A stretch of 64,000 nucleotides of DNA, taken from positions 32,001 to 96,000 of the forward strand of contig CAWJKT010000001.1 of assembly GCA_963843375.1 (NCBI GenBank), in the 5' to 3' direction. The notes beneath the pieces were generated by a model. It ran no database searches. It had not been told where the DNA came from and worked only from the letters and a program-made list of their open reading frames with translations. Shown here in pieces: positions 47,979-57,738 of this stretch; the stretch's first letter is position 1; each line of letters opens with the position of its first letter. The position numbers and the translations under genes were made by a program. Source of the DNA: an uncultured Pseudomonadota bacterium. GTDB taxonomy: Bacteria > Oederibacteriota > Muellerivitia > Muellerivitales > Muellerivitaceae.

Positions 47979-49385
47979 GTGAAGATGAAAAAAATCCTCG
48001 CAGTGGACGACAACAAAGCCGAATGCACGCTTCTTGAGCTGGCGCTGGAAAAGGTCCGGGGCTACGAGGTGCTTACGGCGGCCAGCGGCCGGTCAGCCCT
48101 TGACCAAGCCGTCCGGTGCACTCCCGACGCGGTCATCCTGGATCTGCTGTTGCCCGACATTAGCGGCTTGGAGGTGCTCAAAGAGCTCAAAAAATTCCAG
48201 CCCACCCTCCCGGTCATAATGCTCACCGGTCTGGCGGACATCCGCAAGGTCGTGGAGGCCATCCAGATGGGGGCTGATAATTTCCTCACTAAACCTTTCG
48301 AAAACGACCAACTGCTTATGATCCTACGCCATGTGGTGGAACAAAATGAGTTATTGAACGAGGTAACTGCCTTGCGACGCAATGCGGGGAGGATGGGACC
48401 TTCCCTTTCCAGCATTACAGGCATGAGCCCCGCCATTCTCGAGGTGGTGCAACATATCCAAAAAGTGGCCGACTCCAACTTGACCGTCCTGATCCAGGGC
48501 GAGACCGGGACCGGCAAGGAGCCGGTGGCCCGGGCCCTGCACGAGGAAAGCTCCCGCCGGGCCGGGCCTTTCGTGGCCGTTGATTGCGGGGCGCTACCGG
48601 AAAACCTTCTGGAGTCCGAACTGTTCGGTCACGAGAAGGGCGCCTTCAGCGGGGCGGATCGCCGGAAGCCGGGGCAGTTCGAATTGGCGGGGGGTGGGAC
48701 CCTTTTCCTGGACGAGATCGGGAACTTGTCCCTCTCGCTCCAGGCCAAGCTCTTGCGGGTGCTGCAGGAGCGCCAAGTGAGGCCGGTGGGGGCGGTCAAA
48801 ACCTTCTCCGTCGATGTACGCATCATTGCCGCCTCCAATATGCCGCTGGAAGGGGCTGCCAAATCCGGGCAATTCCGCCAGGACCTCTTTTACCGGCTGG
48901 ATGAGTGCACTGTCCAACTCCCACCCTTGCGAAATCGCCGGGAGGATATCCCCCTCCTGGCCAAAAGATTTCGTGAGGAAGCCTGCCGGGAGTTCCAGAG
49001 GCCGGTGACGGCCCTCTCGGAGGAGGCTCTGGGCCTGCTAGAGGCTCATTCTTGGCCCGGCAATATCCGGGAATTGCGAAACGTCATGCGCCAAGCGGTG
49101 CTGCTGACGCCTGATTCCACAATCCACGACGAGCAGATCAAAACTCTGCTGGGGGCTTCCGGTAGCTCGGAGGCGCCCGGTCCGGTGGAGGTTCCCCTGA
49201 TTCCCGGAATGGCCCTTCGCAAGATTGTGGAAAGCGCCGCGGAGCAGGTTGAAAAAAAGGCCATCTCCAGCGTCCTGCGCTCCACCCAGGGAAACAAAAG
49301 TCAGGCGGCCAAGATTTTGGACGTGGATTATAAAACTCTCCGCCTGAAGATCAAAAAATACGGGCTTCAAGATTCCAGAAAGTGA
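47979..49385 (+). CDS. Sigma54-dependent response regulator (NtrC/AtoC family)
   Basis: REC (DD, D, T, KP), GETGTGKE, ESELFGHEKGAFSGA, FLDEIG, WPGNIREL, Fis HTH. Confidence 0.96.
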   Translation: MKMKKILAVDDNKAECTLLELALEKVRGYEVLTAASGRSALDQAVRCTPDAVILDLLLPDISGLEVLKELKKFQPTLPVIMLTGLADIRKVVEAIQMGADNFLTKPFENDQLLMILRHVVEQNELLNEVTALRRNAGRMGPSLSSITGMSPAILEVVQHIQKVADSNLTVLIQGETGTGKEPVARALHEESSRRAGPFVAVDCGALPENLLESELFGHEKGAFSGADRRKPGQFELAGGGTLFLDEIGNLSLSLQAKLLRVLQERQVRPVGAVKTFSVDVRIIAASNMPLEGAAKSGQFRQDLFYRLDECTVQLPPLRNRREDIPLLAKRFREEACREFQRPVTALSEEALGLLEAHSWPGNIRELRNVMRQAVLLTPDSTIHDEQIKTLLGASGSSEAPGPVEVPLIPGMALRKIVESAAEQVEKKAISSVLRSTQGNKSQAAKILDVDYKTLRLKIKKYGLQDSRK

Positions 49386-49462
49386 CATCCCCTCCTGAAT
49401 TTTTTTAATCTATCCAAATAACCAACAGGGCATTGGCGCACGGGTGTCGGAGCCCGGAACCG

Positions 49463-50392
49463 TCAGTAAGTCGTCTGGTTGAATACACCCACTTGGCCCC
49501 CGTTGGCCGGGGAAACCGCCGTCCCGCCTAGTACCGAAGCGACCCCGGTAAAGTTGTTGGCCGTATGGGTGGAAAGTACGATGATCCCGCCACCCCCGCC
49601 ACCCGAATTGTTAGCCGAATCGCTGTTCGCTGCTCCCGCGCCGCCGTTTGCGTCGAGATTGCCCGAGCCTACAATGGAGGATGCCTGGATGTAAATGCTG
49701 CCGCCGGACGCCCCCCCGGAAGACAACACTCCCCCACTATCGCATGCGTAGCCTGGGGTGCCGTTCATGAGGATGAGGCCGTTGAGGGTCGCGGAGCCGC
49801 TGGACGCGTTCACCCGGAAAAGCCCACCCCCGGATTCGGCTGAGCAGGCACCAGCCCCCCCCGCGTATCCCGTCAAGAACGGGGCTAAGGGATTGTCGTA
49901 GGTCGTTCCACCTGGATTCCCCAGAGCGTCACTTCCTCCCGCCCCACCGTGGCCAGCCCCTGCCCCTGAAGTCGCATCGGCCGGGGTTCCGGCTCCCGTC
50001 AGGGGGACGACCTCCATCCCAGACCCGATAATCGTGGAACCTGTGGCCATGCTGAAATAATCGGATACGTCAAACGTCACCGAGCCTGATGGATAGCCCA
50101 GTTCAAGATAAGCACCCGCGTGAAGAGCGATATAGGAATATGAATATTCCCCTGGTGTAATTGAGACAGGACCCGAAATATCCCATCCTGAGAGGGTCGC
50201 AACGGGGGTGGCCGAAGGCGTGCCTGTGGGCGTGAAGGTTGGCGAGGCGATTGGGGCCAGAGTGGGCGTGCTGGTAGGGGCCGCTGGAACGGGTGCCACC
50301 GGTAAGCGAGGTCCGAATGGTCGGGTGCAGGCCTGGATGCAGATTGAAATGGCCAGGAGTAAAAAAAGCATATACGCCAAACCTTGTTTCAT
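49463..50392 (-). CDS. Lipoprotein with Pro/Thr stalk and glycine-rich beta-solenoid-like domain
   Basis: ATG 50392 with SD GGAGG; lipobox IQAC; GAGHGGAGG, GGASGGSIYI, GGGGGGIIVL. Confidence 0.8.
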   Translation of the reverse strand: MKQGLAYMLFLLLAISICIQACTRPFGPRLPVAPVPAAPTSTPTLAPIASPTFTPTGTPSATPVATLSGWDISGPVSITPGEYSYSYIALHAGAYLELGYPSGSVTFDVSDYFSMATGSTIIGSGMEVVPLTGAGTPADATSGAGAGHGGAGGSDALGNPGGTTYDNPLAPFLTGYAGGAGACSAESGGGLFRVNASSGSATLNGLILMNGTPGYACDSGGVLSSGGASGGSIYIQASSIVGSGNLDANGGAGAANSDSANNSGGGGGGIIVLSTHTANNFTGVASVLGGTAVSPANGGQVGVFNQTTY

Positions 50393-50444
50393 ATGAGCCT
50401 CCATAGAACTAAATAAAATTCCATAACCAATTTAATAATGGAAA

Positions 50445-50461
50445 TGCATATTCCAAGCCAA
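50445..50461 (-). promoter_or_regulatory. Putative sigma54 (-24/-12) promoter
   Basis: TTGGCTTGGAATATGCA = GG-N10-GC about 50 nt upstream of the lipoprotein start. Confidence 0.55.
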
Positions 50462-51065
50462 GCCGTTAATAAGATCAGGATATCTTTTCCACTTTTGCCG
50501 GAAATGTGGGTTTTCAAGGATTTTTTCGCGTTTAAATGGTTTTTCCCCTTCGGAGTTGAACGGGAGATTACACCCTCCAATAGTTCTTGGATGAAGCCGG
50601 GGTTTAGCCATAATTCTGACGAAAGATGGAAAATCTTTTAACCGAACAAAGGTGTCTGGACTCTTATTTATCCGGAATTTCCCAGATGACCTTCTCCTGA
50701 TTAGCTTGCGGTTTAATTTGTTACCATAATATTGCCCCCCTCTTCTTCCGTCGAAATCCAGAATTTCGAGCCCGGGCACTGGAGACGAGGTCCCTTTGAT
50801 GAATGGAATTCGGCCGTCCATTGCCCCTGCGGGTTAGAAAACGTATTAGGAAAATTCGGCAAGAGAACGATCAAGCTGAATTCCCAATTGGTCCCGGTTG
50901 TGATCCGTCTTTTTAAAACCTATTCATTATGAAATTATCCACTGACAAACTTGAACCTTTGGAAAACTGAAATACCATTTTTAATTAATTGGAAAATGCA
51001 GGTCCCAAAAAGGCGCCTCCAACCATTCACTGGGAAAAAAGAGCGGACAATTTCAGGGCGCAACA

Positions 51066-51095
51066 TTGACTTTAACCTGAAATATTGCCTATAAT
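51066..51095 (+). promoter_or_regulatory. sigma70 promoter of the HU/IHF gene (likely leaderless)
   Basis: TTGACT-N18-TATAAT, ATG 7 nt downstream. Confidence 0.65.
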
Positions 51096-51102
51096 TGTTG
51101 AT

Positions 51103-51462
51103 ATGAAGGTGGTTCTACAAGATATTGTGCGCGAAGTCGCAAAGACCACAAAACTTGCCCTGCCTGAAGCCAGAGTGGTGGTTAAAAAACTTCTTTCAAC
51201 TCTGAAAGAAGGGCTTTTAAATGGGCAGAGAATCGAAATTAGGGATTTTGGAGTATTTCAAACCAAAATCGTTTCCGGTAAAAAGGGCCGTGATATGGCC
51301 CGAAACTTAACCATACCTCTCCCCGCTTACAAAAAAGTTTCTTTCAAAGCCGGCAAGAATTTGCGGAAAATTTTTAGCCCTGTTCCGGAAGAAAAACAGC
51401 CGGTGGTGGCGAAAAACGGACAGTTGGAAATGTCGATTTTACTTGAGGTTGTCAACCGGTAA
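51103..51462 (+). CDS. HU/IHF-family DNA-binding protein
   Basis: G.RIEIRDFGVF....GR......I.LPA.KKVSFKAGK.LR. Confidence 0.88.
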   Translation: MKVVLQDIVREVAKTTKLALPEARVVVKKLLSTLKEGLLNGQRIEIRDFGVFQTKIVSGKKGRDMARNLTIPLPAYKKVSFKAGKNLRKIFSPVPEEKQPVVAKNGQLEMSILLEVVNR

Positions 51463-51492
51463 GAGGAAGCTCTGGTCCTAAGGAGGGGATTA

Positions 51493-51993
51493 ATGTCCAC
51501 CACGGTTCATTACTTCGGAAAAGTTAAAAGCCAGGAAGCTATCCGGGAAATACAGGAAGAATTCCGCGAGATCGCCCAAGTCAGCGGCTGGTCGCACGAG
51601 ATGGTGGATCATGTTTTCACCCAAGAGGGTGAGATACCAGGAACCCGCCTCTCCCTTCGCGGCATCCGGGTCACCTTGAACAAAACCACCTCGCCCCTTC
51701 AATTGAGCTTCGATAAAGACGGCTATCTTTCCCATATTTATTATGAGAAGGCTCCCGCCGAAATGCCAGGTCAGCGCCAGACGGGTGCGACCCGGCAACT
51801 TTTACACCAAGTCCATACCAGTACCAGCATCCGTACCGGTGACGCGGCATCCCATATTTCCATGGTCAAGCTCCTGGATTACGTGAAAAAGCGCTACGTT
51901 CCGAATCTGGAAGTTATCGACAATACCGGCTACTGGTATTCCCGTGACGAATCGGTTCTAACGGCTAAGAAACTGGAACTGGCCAAGAAATAA
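51493..51993 (+). CDS. Conserved hypothetical protein
   Basis: SD AGGAGG; MSTTVHYFG, H...VKLLDYVKKRY.PNLEV.D.TGYW..RD pattern. Confidence 0.8.
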   Translation: MSTTVHYFGKVKSQEAIREIQEEFREIAQVSGWSHEMVDHVFTQEGEIPGTRLSLRGIRVTLNKTTSPLQLSFDKDGYLSHIYYEKAPAEMPGQRQTGATRQLLHQVHTSTSIRTGDAASHISMVKLLDYVKKRYVPNLEVIDNTGYWYSRDESVLTAKKLELAKK

Positions 51994-52007
51994 ACTTTTT
52001 ACATTCG

Positions 52008-52047
52008 AGCCTCCTGCGGCGATACGCTACAGGGGGCTTTTTTATTT
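52008..52047 (+). terminator. Intrinsic terminator
   Basis: GAGCCTCCTGCGGC-gatac-GCTACAGGGGGCTT followed by T run. Confidence 0.8.
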
Positions 52048-52173
52048 CCAAATGAATAAGTTTGACACAAAGCCGTAAAGACTCCCTGCGGGCCATCAAT
52101 AATGACGAAGCGCGTTTTGTCCCGATTCCATAAGTCTTGACGAAAGAATAATCGAATTAAGAAAGCCAAAATT

Positions 52174-54285
52174 TTGAAAATGTTTTTTTCAATTCATGAA
52201 GTGAAGATGTATTTTTTGTCTTTTTGCCTTTGCGGTGGGTTATTGGGGGGGGCGGTGTCGGCGGTTTCTGCAGAGTCGTTTCAATTGAAAATCGGAAAAC
52301 TTTTCGCCCAGGGAAGGACCTCTGAAATCGAAGAGGCGATCCACCAGGAGTTAGAGGAAAATCCCAACCAGATTGACTTGTGGCTGGAAATGGCGGACCT
52401 GGATAAAAGCCAAGGCGATTATTCCGGCACCGTAGCCTCCTATCAAAGTTACCTGGCGAAAAAAGATGACTGGAAGGTGCGGGCATCTTTGGCCCTGGTT
52501 CTGGAACAAATGGGGGATTTCGCCAATGCCCGTCAAGACCTATCGGCGTTGAACCAAGCCCACCCTAACGATCCTGAACTACTTTGGGGCTTGGCCCGAT
52601 TATGCATTTACCAATCCAATTGGAAAAGCATCCGAACCCAGGCGACAGCCAGGGAGGCCTTAAGTGAAGCCCGAAAATATCTACTGGCCTTGACGGCGCT
52701 TAGACCGAATTTCGCTATGGCCATCTGGCAGTTGGCCGAAGTTTCAAGGACACTGGGGAATGTGGACGAGGCTTTAAAGGCCTATGCGGCGGTAGTAAAA
52801 CAGGACGGGAGTTATAAATTCGCCCACCGTTACATGGCCCTATTGTTGGCTGAAAAGGGGAAGTACCGGGAGTCTCTCGCCAAATACGAACAGGCCATGG
52901 CCATTGAACCGGACGATTTCAAACTGAAAAAAGAAGCCCAAAGGGTGGCCCTTCTAGCTCCGCAAGATGCCAAAGAGCGCAAGGATGAGCGTCAAAAGCA
53001 ATGGGAAGACTGGACTCCCCTGGAAGCCAAACCAATCGCGGCTTCGGCAGTAACGATTCGTGTCGGGATTTTCACCGGGATGGGTCATCTTGTGTTCCGA
53101 GGCCTTTCGGATTTGCGTGTCATGACACCCGCCCAAACGCCCATCACCATGCTCAAAGCCGGAGAAGACTACGACATTTATTATCTACGGGACACGTCCT
53201 CCCAAGCGCCACAGGACGAATGGTTGATCCAGGACAAAAAGAAAAGGACCCTCGTTACTTTTGATCAACGCCTCTGGATTGTTCCGCAAAACCCTTTAAA
53301 ACCCCTTCTTGTTCATGCGGTGCCTTTCAATAAGGGTTACTTCTTTGCCCGGGAAGAAGATCGGGCCTATCGGGGGCTGTTAGAAATATCCCCCCGCCCC
53401 GGAAATGGTTTTAATGTCATCAACCGGGTGACTTTGGAGGATTACACGGCAGGGGTCCTGCCCTCCGAAATGCTGGCGACCTGGCCAATCGAAGCGCTCA
53501 AGGCCCAGGCCATCGTAGTCAGGACTTATGTCCTTTCCAAACTGGGGCGCCATAATGAGGATGGTTATGACGTTTCCGACAACGTCCAGGACCAGGTTTA
53601 CCGGGGCGTTAGGGCCGAAGAGCCGAAATCCAATGAAGCGGTGCGCCAGACCGCCGGGCTTGTAGTGAAATACCACGGGAAAATGATGCCGGTGGTTTTT
53701 TCCGCCGAATGCGGGGGCCATACCCAGGATTACGAGGAAGCCTGGGGTTACAAGTCGCCGGTGGTGGGGGTGGAGGATTATGATCCCCGTTATAACCTCG
53801 ACATGGAATTTCCCCTTTCGCCCGCCCGCATGGAAACATGGATCAAGGAAGACCGGGAAGCCTGGTGCCGGATTTATGGTTTACATGGGTACCAAAATTA
53901 CCGTTGGGTTTGGATTATTTCCGCCGGAGAAATCGAACAGAAAGCCCCTGGGATCGGTCGCATCCGGCGGATGACCGTCACTCACCGTTCCACGGCCGGT
54001 TGGGCTGATAGCCTTTTATTGGAAGGCGAAAAGGGGAACAAGATTTTCAAGGCCGACAGCATTCGCCGTTGTTTGGGGGGCATCCGCAGCAACCTCATTT
54101 GGATCGAGCCTCAATTTGATCCCAAAGGATGGCCTGAGGAGTTTATGATTTATGGGGGCGGTTGGGGCCATGGGGTTGGAATGTGCCAAGTGGGATGCTA
54201 TGGTTTAGCCGTGGCCGGCAAGGATTGCGGGGAAATCTTACGCCACTATTTCCCCAAGGGAAGCGTCGAAAAACTGGGATCGTGA
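52174..54285 (+). CDS. TPR plus SpoIID/LytB-domain peptidoglycan lytic transglycosylase (start uncertain)
   Basis: LEDY..GVLPSEM..WP.EALKAQA...RTY, DQVYRG, GGGWGHGVGMCQ.G..GLA..G...EIL.HYFP. Confidence 0.92.
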   Translation: MKMFFSIHEVKMYFLSFCLCGGLLGGAVSAVSAESFQLKIGKLFAQGRTSEIEEAIHQELEENPNQIDLWLEMADLDKSQGDYSGTVASYQSYLAKKDDWKVRASLALVLEQMGDFANARQDLSALNQAHPNDPELLWGLARLCIYQSNWKSIRTQATAREALSEARKYLLALTALRPNFAMAIWQLAEVSRTLGNVDEALKAYAAVVKQDGSYKFAHRYMALLLAEKGKYRESLAKYEQAMAIEPDDFKLKKEAQRVALLAPQDAKERKDERQKQWEDWTPLEAKPIAASAVTIRVGIFTGMGHLVFRGLSDLRVMTPAQTPITMLKAGEDYDIYYLRDTSSQAPQDEWLIQDKKKRTLVTFDQRLWIVPQNPLKPLLVHAVPFNKGYFFAREEDRAYRGLLEISPRPGNGFNVINRVTLEDYTAGVLPSEMLATWPIEALKAQAIVVRTYVLSKLGRHNEDGYDVSDNVQDQVYRGVRAEEPKSNEAVRQTAGLVVKYHGKMMPVVFSAECGGHTQDYEEAWGYKSPVVGVEDYDPRYNLDMEFPLSPARMETWIKEDREAWCRIYGLHGYQNYRWVWIISAGEIEQKAPGIGRIRRMTVTHRSTAGWADSLLLEGEKGNKIFKADSIRRCLGGIRSNLIWIEPQFDPKGWPEEFMIYGGGWGHGVGMCQVGCYGLAVAGKDCGEILRHYFPKGSVEKLGS

Positions 54286-54336
54286 TAAAAAGGAGAGAAA
54301 GATCAATTTCACCTCTGGAAACAAGGGCGCGAGTAA

Positions 54337-54909
54337 ATGAAACGGCTTATTTCTTTGGGAACCTTCTATTGGATTTTCTTGGGCTTCTGCACACTTGGAG
54401 TGATTAGTGGTTTGACGTCCTGCGCGGGTTTGGCCCGGGACATGGGCATCGATCATCCCTCCGACCTTCAACAAAGGACCGGAATTACCGGTACGATAGC
54501 GAATCCCACCCCCCTGAACCCCTTTATCACATACGACCTGGTCATGGCGGCCAATGAATGCCGCTTTTTCACCATGGTGGTTCCTTCCAAATGGTACTGG
54601 AAAGTTTACTTGACCGTCTCCAATCGGGACGACACGAGGCGGGGAAAATTGACCGCGATGATCCAGCAGACCAACCCTCCCTGGGGTGTGCTTCCCAATA
54701 TCGGCCTCGGAAAACAATTCGACCTGGCGCGGGAGGGACTGCAGGCTATTTTGGGTGTAGGAAATCCTGGGGAGGACCGGGTGGCCCTGTTCCAGCTTTG
54801 CCAGGAGGGGGCTCCCGTCCATATCATCATCGCCAGCCAGATTTCCGCGACCCGGGCCTTGATGGGCCCGGGGGATATCCAAACTCCGGTGCCATTCGGC
54901 GAACAGTAA
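54337..54909 (+). CDS. Hypothetical lipoprotein
   Basis: Lipobox LTSC. Confidence 0.7.
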   Translation: MKRLISLGTFYWIFLGFCTLGVISGLTSCAGLARDMGIDHPSDLQQRTGITGTIANPTPLNPFITYDLVMAANECRFFTMVVPSKWYWKVYLTVSNRDDTRRGKLTAMIQQTNPPWGVLPNIGLGKQFDLAREGLQAILGVGNPGEDRVALFQLCQEGAPVHIIIASQISATRALMGPGDIQTPVPFGEQ

Positions 54910-54917
54910 CAAAAATT

Positions 54918-55018
54918 AATCATGAAGACACCAAGGCACCAAGTTAGACTTAAGCGAAGCAATTCCCTGTATTCAAAGGCTGAATTGTTTTAATTAGTAA
55001 CCTTGGTGTTTGGCGGTT
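54918..55018. repeat. Short intergenic element with tandem CACCAAG and inverted CTTGGTG ends (MITE-like)
   Basis: AATCATGAAGACACCAAGGCACCAAG ... CTTGGTGTTTGGCGGTT. Confidence 0.5.
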
Positions 55019-55038
55019 CCATCAGTATTGGGGGGTTA

Positions 55039-55506
55039 TTGGCTCTTTATTTCGCTTATGGTTCCAGCCTCCTGCGCTCCCAGATGGAACGTCGCCTGAT
55101 GGGCAACATCCCCGTCACCCGGGCCGTTCTCAAGGGTTACCGACTCGCCTTCATGGGCCATTCCATCGAACGCAAGGGGCCTGTCGTCAACCTAGTTCCT
55201 GATCCAACCCGTTTTATTCCCGGCACTCTTTATGAACTTAATGAAGTCATGATCCAATATCTGGACCGGGCTGAGGCCTGCGAAAAGGGAACCTACCAAA
55301 AGCTTGAAGTGACGGTGGAGAAGGACGACGGGGAAAAGGTAACGGCAGCCTGTTATCAATTGGCCCAGGAAAATCCTTCCTTCGGCCAGCCCAACCTGGG
55401 GTATCAAATGCAGGTTAAGCAAGGCTATAAGGAGTGGGGATTGCCCGAGGAAGTATTGGAAGAAGCTTTGGAATGGAGCAAGGAGGCGTCCCGTGGGGAT
55501 ATCTAA
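55039..55506 (+). CDS. Gamma-glutamylcyclotransferase (AIG2-like) family protein
   Basis: LYFAYGS, GYRLAF, G.LYE, LDRAE...Y; probable TTG start at 55039. Confidence 0.88.
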   Translation: MALYFAYGSSLLRSQMERRLMGNIPVTRAVLKGYRLAFMGHSIERKGPVVNLVPDPTRFIPGTLYELNEVMIQYLDRAEACEKGTYQKLEVTVEKDDGEKVTAACYQLAQENPSFGQPNLGYQMQVKQGYKEWGLPEEVLEEALEWSKEASRGDI

Positions 55507-56032
55507 AATCGTCATTGTGGATTACGATCCCCTCTGGCCGAGTCTATTTGAGGAAGAAAAGAAGCGGCTACTCAGTTGTGTCGGCGAATGGGCGCAGGGT
55601 ATAGAGCACATCGGAAGCACGGCGGTTCCCGGCCTTGGCGCAAAGCCCGTTATTGACATCCTGATGGGTGTTCGATCGATCTGGGATGCGGACCACCACT
55701 GCCTTGAGCCAATCGTCCGTTTGGGTTATGAATACATCAAGGAATATAAAAGGGACTTTCCTTACCGCAGATATTTTCGCAAGTCCAAAGAAATGAATTT
55801 CCTCGAACACCACCTTCATTTGGTTGAAAAAGAGGGTGATTTCTGGGAACGTCACCTAGCCTTTCGCGATTACCTGCGCATGAACAGGGAAACCGCATTG
55901 GAATACGAAAAGCTTAAACGGAGTCTGGCGCCTCAATTTACGGACGGAAATGAATATGCATCGGCCAAAACCGATTTTATTAAAAAAATTGAAAAAGAGG
56001 CTTTGAATCGTTTAGGGCCGCGAATCATTTGA
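55493..56032 (+). CDS. GrpB/UPF0157 family protein
   Basis: YDP.WP..FE.E, IEHIGSTAVPGL.AKP.IDI, HHLH, HLAFRDYLR, Y...KT.FI. Confidence 0.92.
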   Translation: MGISKIVIVDYDPLWPSLFEEEKKRLLSCVGEWAQGIEHIGSTAVPGLGAKPVIDILMGVRSIWDADHHCLEPIVRLGYEYIKEYKRDFPYRRYFRKSKEMNFLEHHLHLVEKEGDFWERHLAFRDYLRMNRETALEYEKLKRSLAPQFTDGNEYASAKTDFIKKIEKEALNRLGPRII

Positions 56033-56060
56033 AATTCGGTTGGAATGTGGAAACCCTTAA

Positions 56061-56625
56061 ATGAATAACTCCGGAAAAATTTTGACCATTATGGAATTGG
56101 CGAGGAAACAGGATCCCCATCCTTTTGCCAGATTGGAACAGGGAAAGGCCATTGCAAAAGGGCGAGATGCGGTGGTGGATTTCGTAGATAAAGGGCAGGA
56201 AGTCAATTCCAAGTCCCTACTTATCCAAGGTGCTCTCTATCTATGTTTCGATTGTTTCAAGGAAGCCCACAACATCGCCCAAGAGAATGAGGGAGTCATC
56301 GGCAATTGGTTGCACGCCATCCTGCACAGGCGGGAGCCGGACCCCGGAAATTCCAAGTACTGGTATGCCCGTGTGCATGCGCCGGCAAGGATATATGAAG
56401 GAATCGGAAGGAAAGCCCTGGACTATCTCAAGGAAAATCCGGTTCCGGAGGCTCGAATCCCTGGCTAAAAAGATTGAAAAATCCAAGACCTGGGAACCGG
56501 GAACTTTCGTGGATTTATGCGATAAAATCAGGGGAAATGATCCTGATTCATCGGTCTATAGAACCCTTGCCAAAATTCAGGAAATTGAATGGTTGGGATT
56601 GGTGGAATTTATTTTATCTACTTAA
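56061..56625 (+). CDS. Conserved hypothetical protein; apparent +1 frameshift near 56450
   Basis: AH.IAQ, HAILHRREPD..NSKYW; C-terminal W.P..FVD.C...IQ.IEW in the +1 frame. Confidence 0.75.
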
Positions 56626-56753
56626 CACATTCCGGTTAAACCGTCGCCATGGAATTCCAGGGGTACATGCCGACGAAAAAGCTTCTTGAAAACTCTTGCG
56701 ATGGGTTTAGGAAGGAGCTAGGTGTATGAACCTTCTCATTTCAATAAAGCAAA

Positions 56754-56782
56754 TTGACAATTTAGACTGTTAGGGGTATCGT
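56754..56782 (+). promoter_or_regulatory. sigma70 promoter of the PilZ/STAS pair
   Basis: TTGACA-N17-TATCGT. Confidence 0.55.
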
Positions 56783-56804
56783 TTTCCTTACTTTAAGGAA
56801 AATT

Positions 56805-57167
56805 ATGCCAAAAGCCAAAATGACCGTGGAAAGGCGTGGGAATCCCCGCTTTGCCATAAAAATCCCCATCAAATATCGATTGGAACAAAACAAGAAAGTC
56901 CTCAAAAAAATCGACGACTGGCGGAAGACAGAAAAAAATGCTTACACGCTGGATATGAGTTTGGGGGGCATGAGGATCGCGGTTGATCACCCTTTAAAGG
57001 TGGGAGATGTCCTTCAATTTGAAATTTACCTGCTCGATAAGGCAAACGTTGTAAGTGTGTACGCGAACGTAATTCGGGCTGATAAAGAAAGCGCAGGGCT
57101 TAAATTTCTAATGATGAAAGACGACCAACGGAAAGCCTTGAAGGATTTCCTGGGAAAAATTTTTTAA
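56805..57167 (+). CDS. PilZ-domain c-di-GMP receptor
   Basis: ERRGNPRF (RxxxR) and DMSLGG (DxSxxG). Confidence 0.9.
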   Translation: MPKAKMTVERRGNPRFAIKIPIKYRLEQNKKVLKKIDDWRKTEKNAYTLDMSLGGMRIAVDHPLKVGDVLQFEIYLLDKANVVSVYANVIRADKESAGLKFLMMKDDQRKALKDFLGKIF

Positions 57168-57213
57168 ATTAACAAAAAATATTAAACCAACTTTCTGCAA
57201 CTAGAGGTGAATT

Positions 57214-57564
57214 ATGAATACATGTTTATTTCAAACTAAAGTCGCTATGGGCAACACGGCGGTTAAGGTGGTGGAATTATCGGGGTCTTTGGACATCCAC
57301 ACGATTGGAGATTTTGAGAATGCTCTTTCAGAACTCTTCAAAAAAGGTCATTATAAAATTGTTCTGAATCTGGAAAATCTTACATACATATCAAGCTCGG
57401 GTTTCGGAGTCCTTTTGGGCGTCATCAAGGAAATCAGAAAACATCGAGGAGACATGAAAATAACAAACCTCAGCCCGGATATTTACAAGTTATTCGAAGT
57501 AATGGAACTTCCTATTTATTTTCAAATCCTAAACAACGAAAAAGAAGCTGTAAATGCATTTTGA
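57214..57564 (+). CDS. STAS-domain anti-sigma-factor antagonist
   Basis: LSGSLD, IVLNLENLTYISSSGFG. Confidence 0.9.
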   Translation: MNTCLFQTKVAMGNTAVKVVELSGSLDIHTIGDFENALSELFKKGHYKIVLNLENLTYISSSGFGVLLGVIKEIRKHRGDMKITNLSPDIYKLFEVMELPIYFQILNNEKEAVNAF

Positions 57565-57738
57565 AATCCTGGGCAAAATTATTTAACCTTTTAAGATTAT
57601 TGTTTTGTAGGGTTTAAACCATACACCTCCCTTGATAAGTCAAACACTGGAGAAATAATGGTGGCCGGGCCCGATTTTCCCGATTAAATCTTCGCGGCTA
57701 CTCGACTGAAAAATTAGCCGGAAAATGAAAACCCAGAT

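Noticed and set aside
50432..50932. Short overlapping ORFs upstream of the Gly-rich lipoprotein
   Set aside because: No SD, motif or recognisable family; treated as regulatory or intergenic
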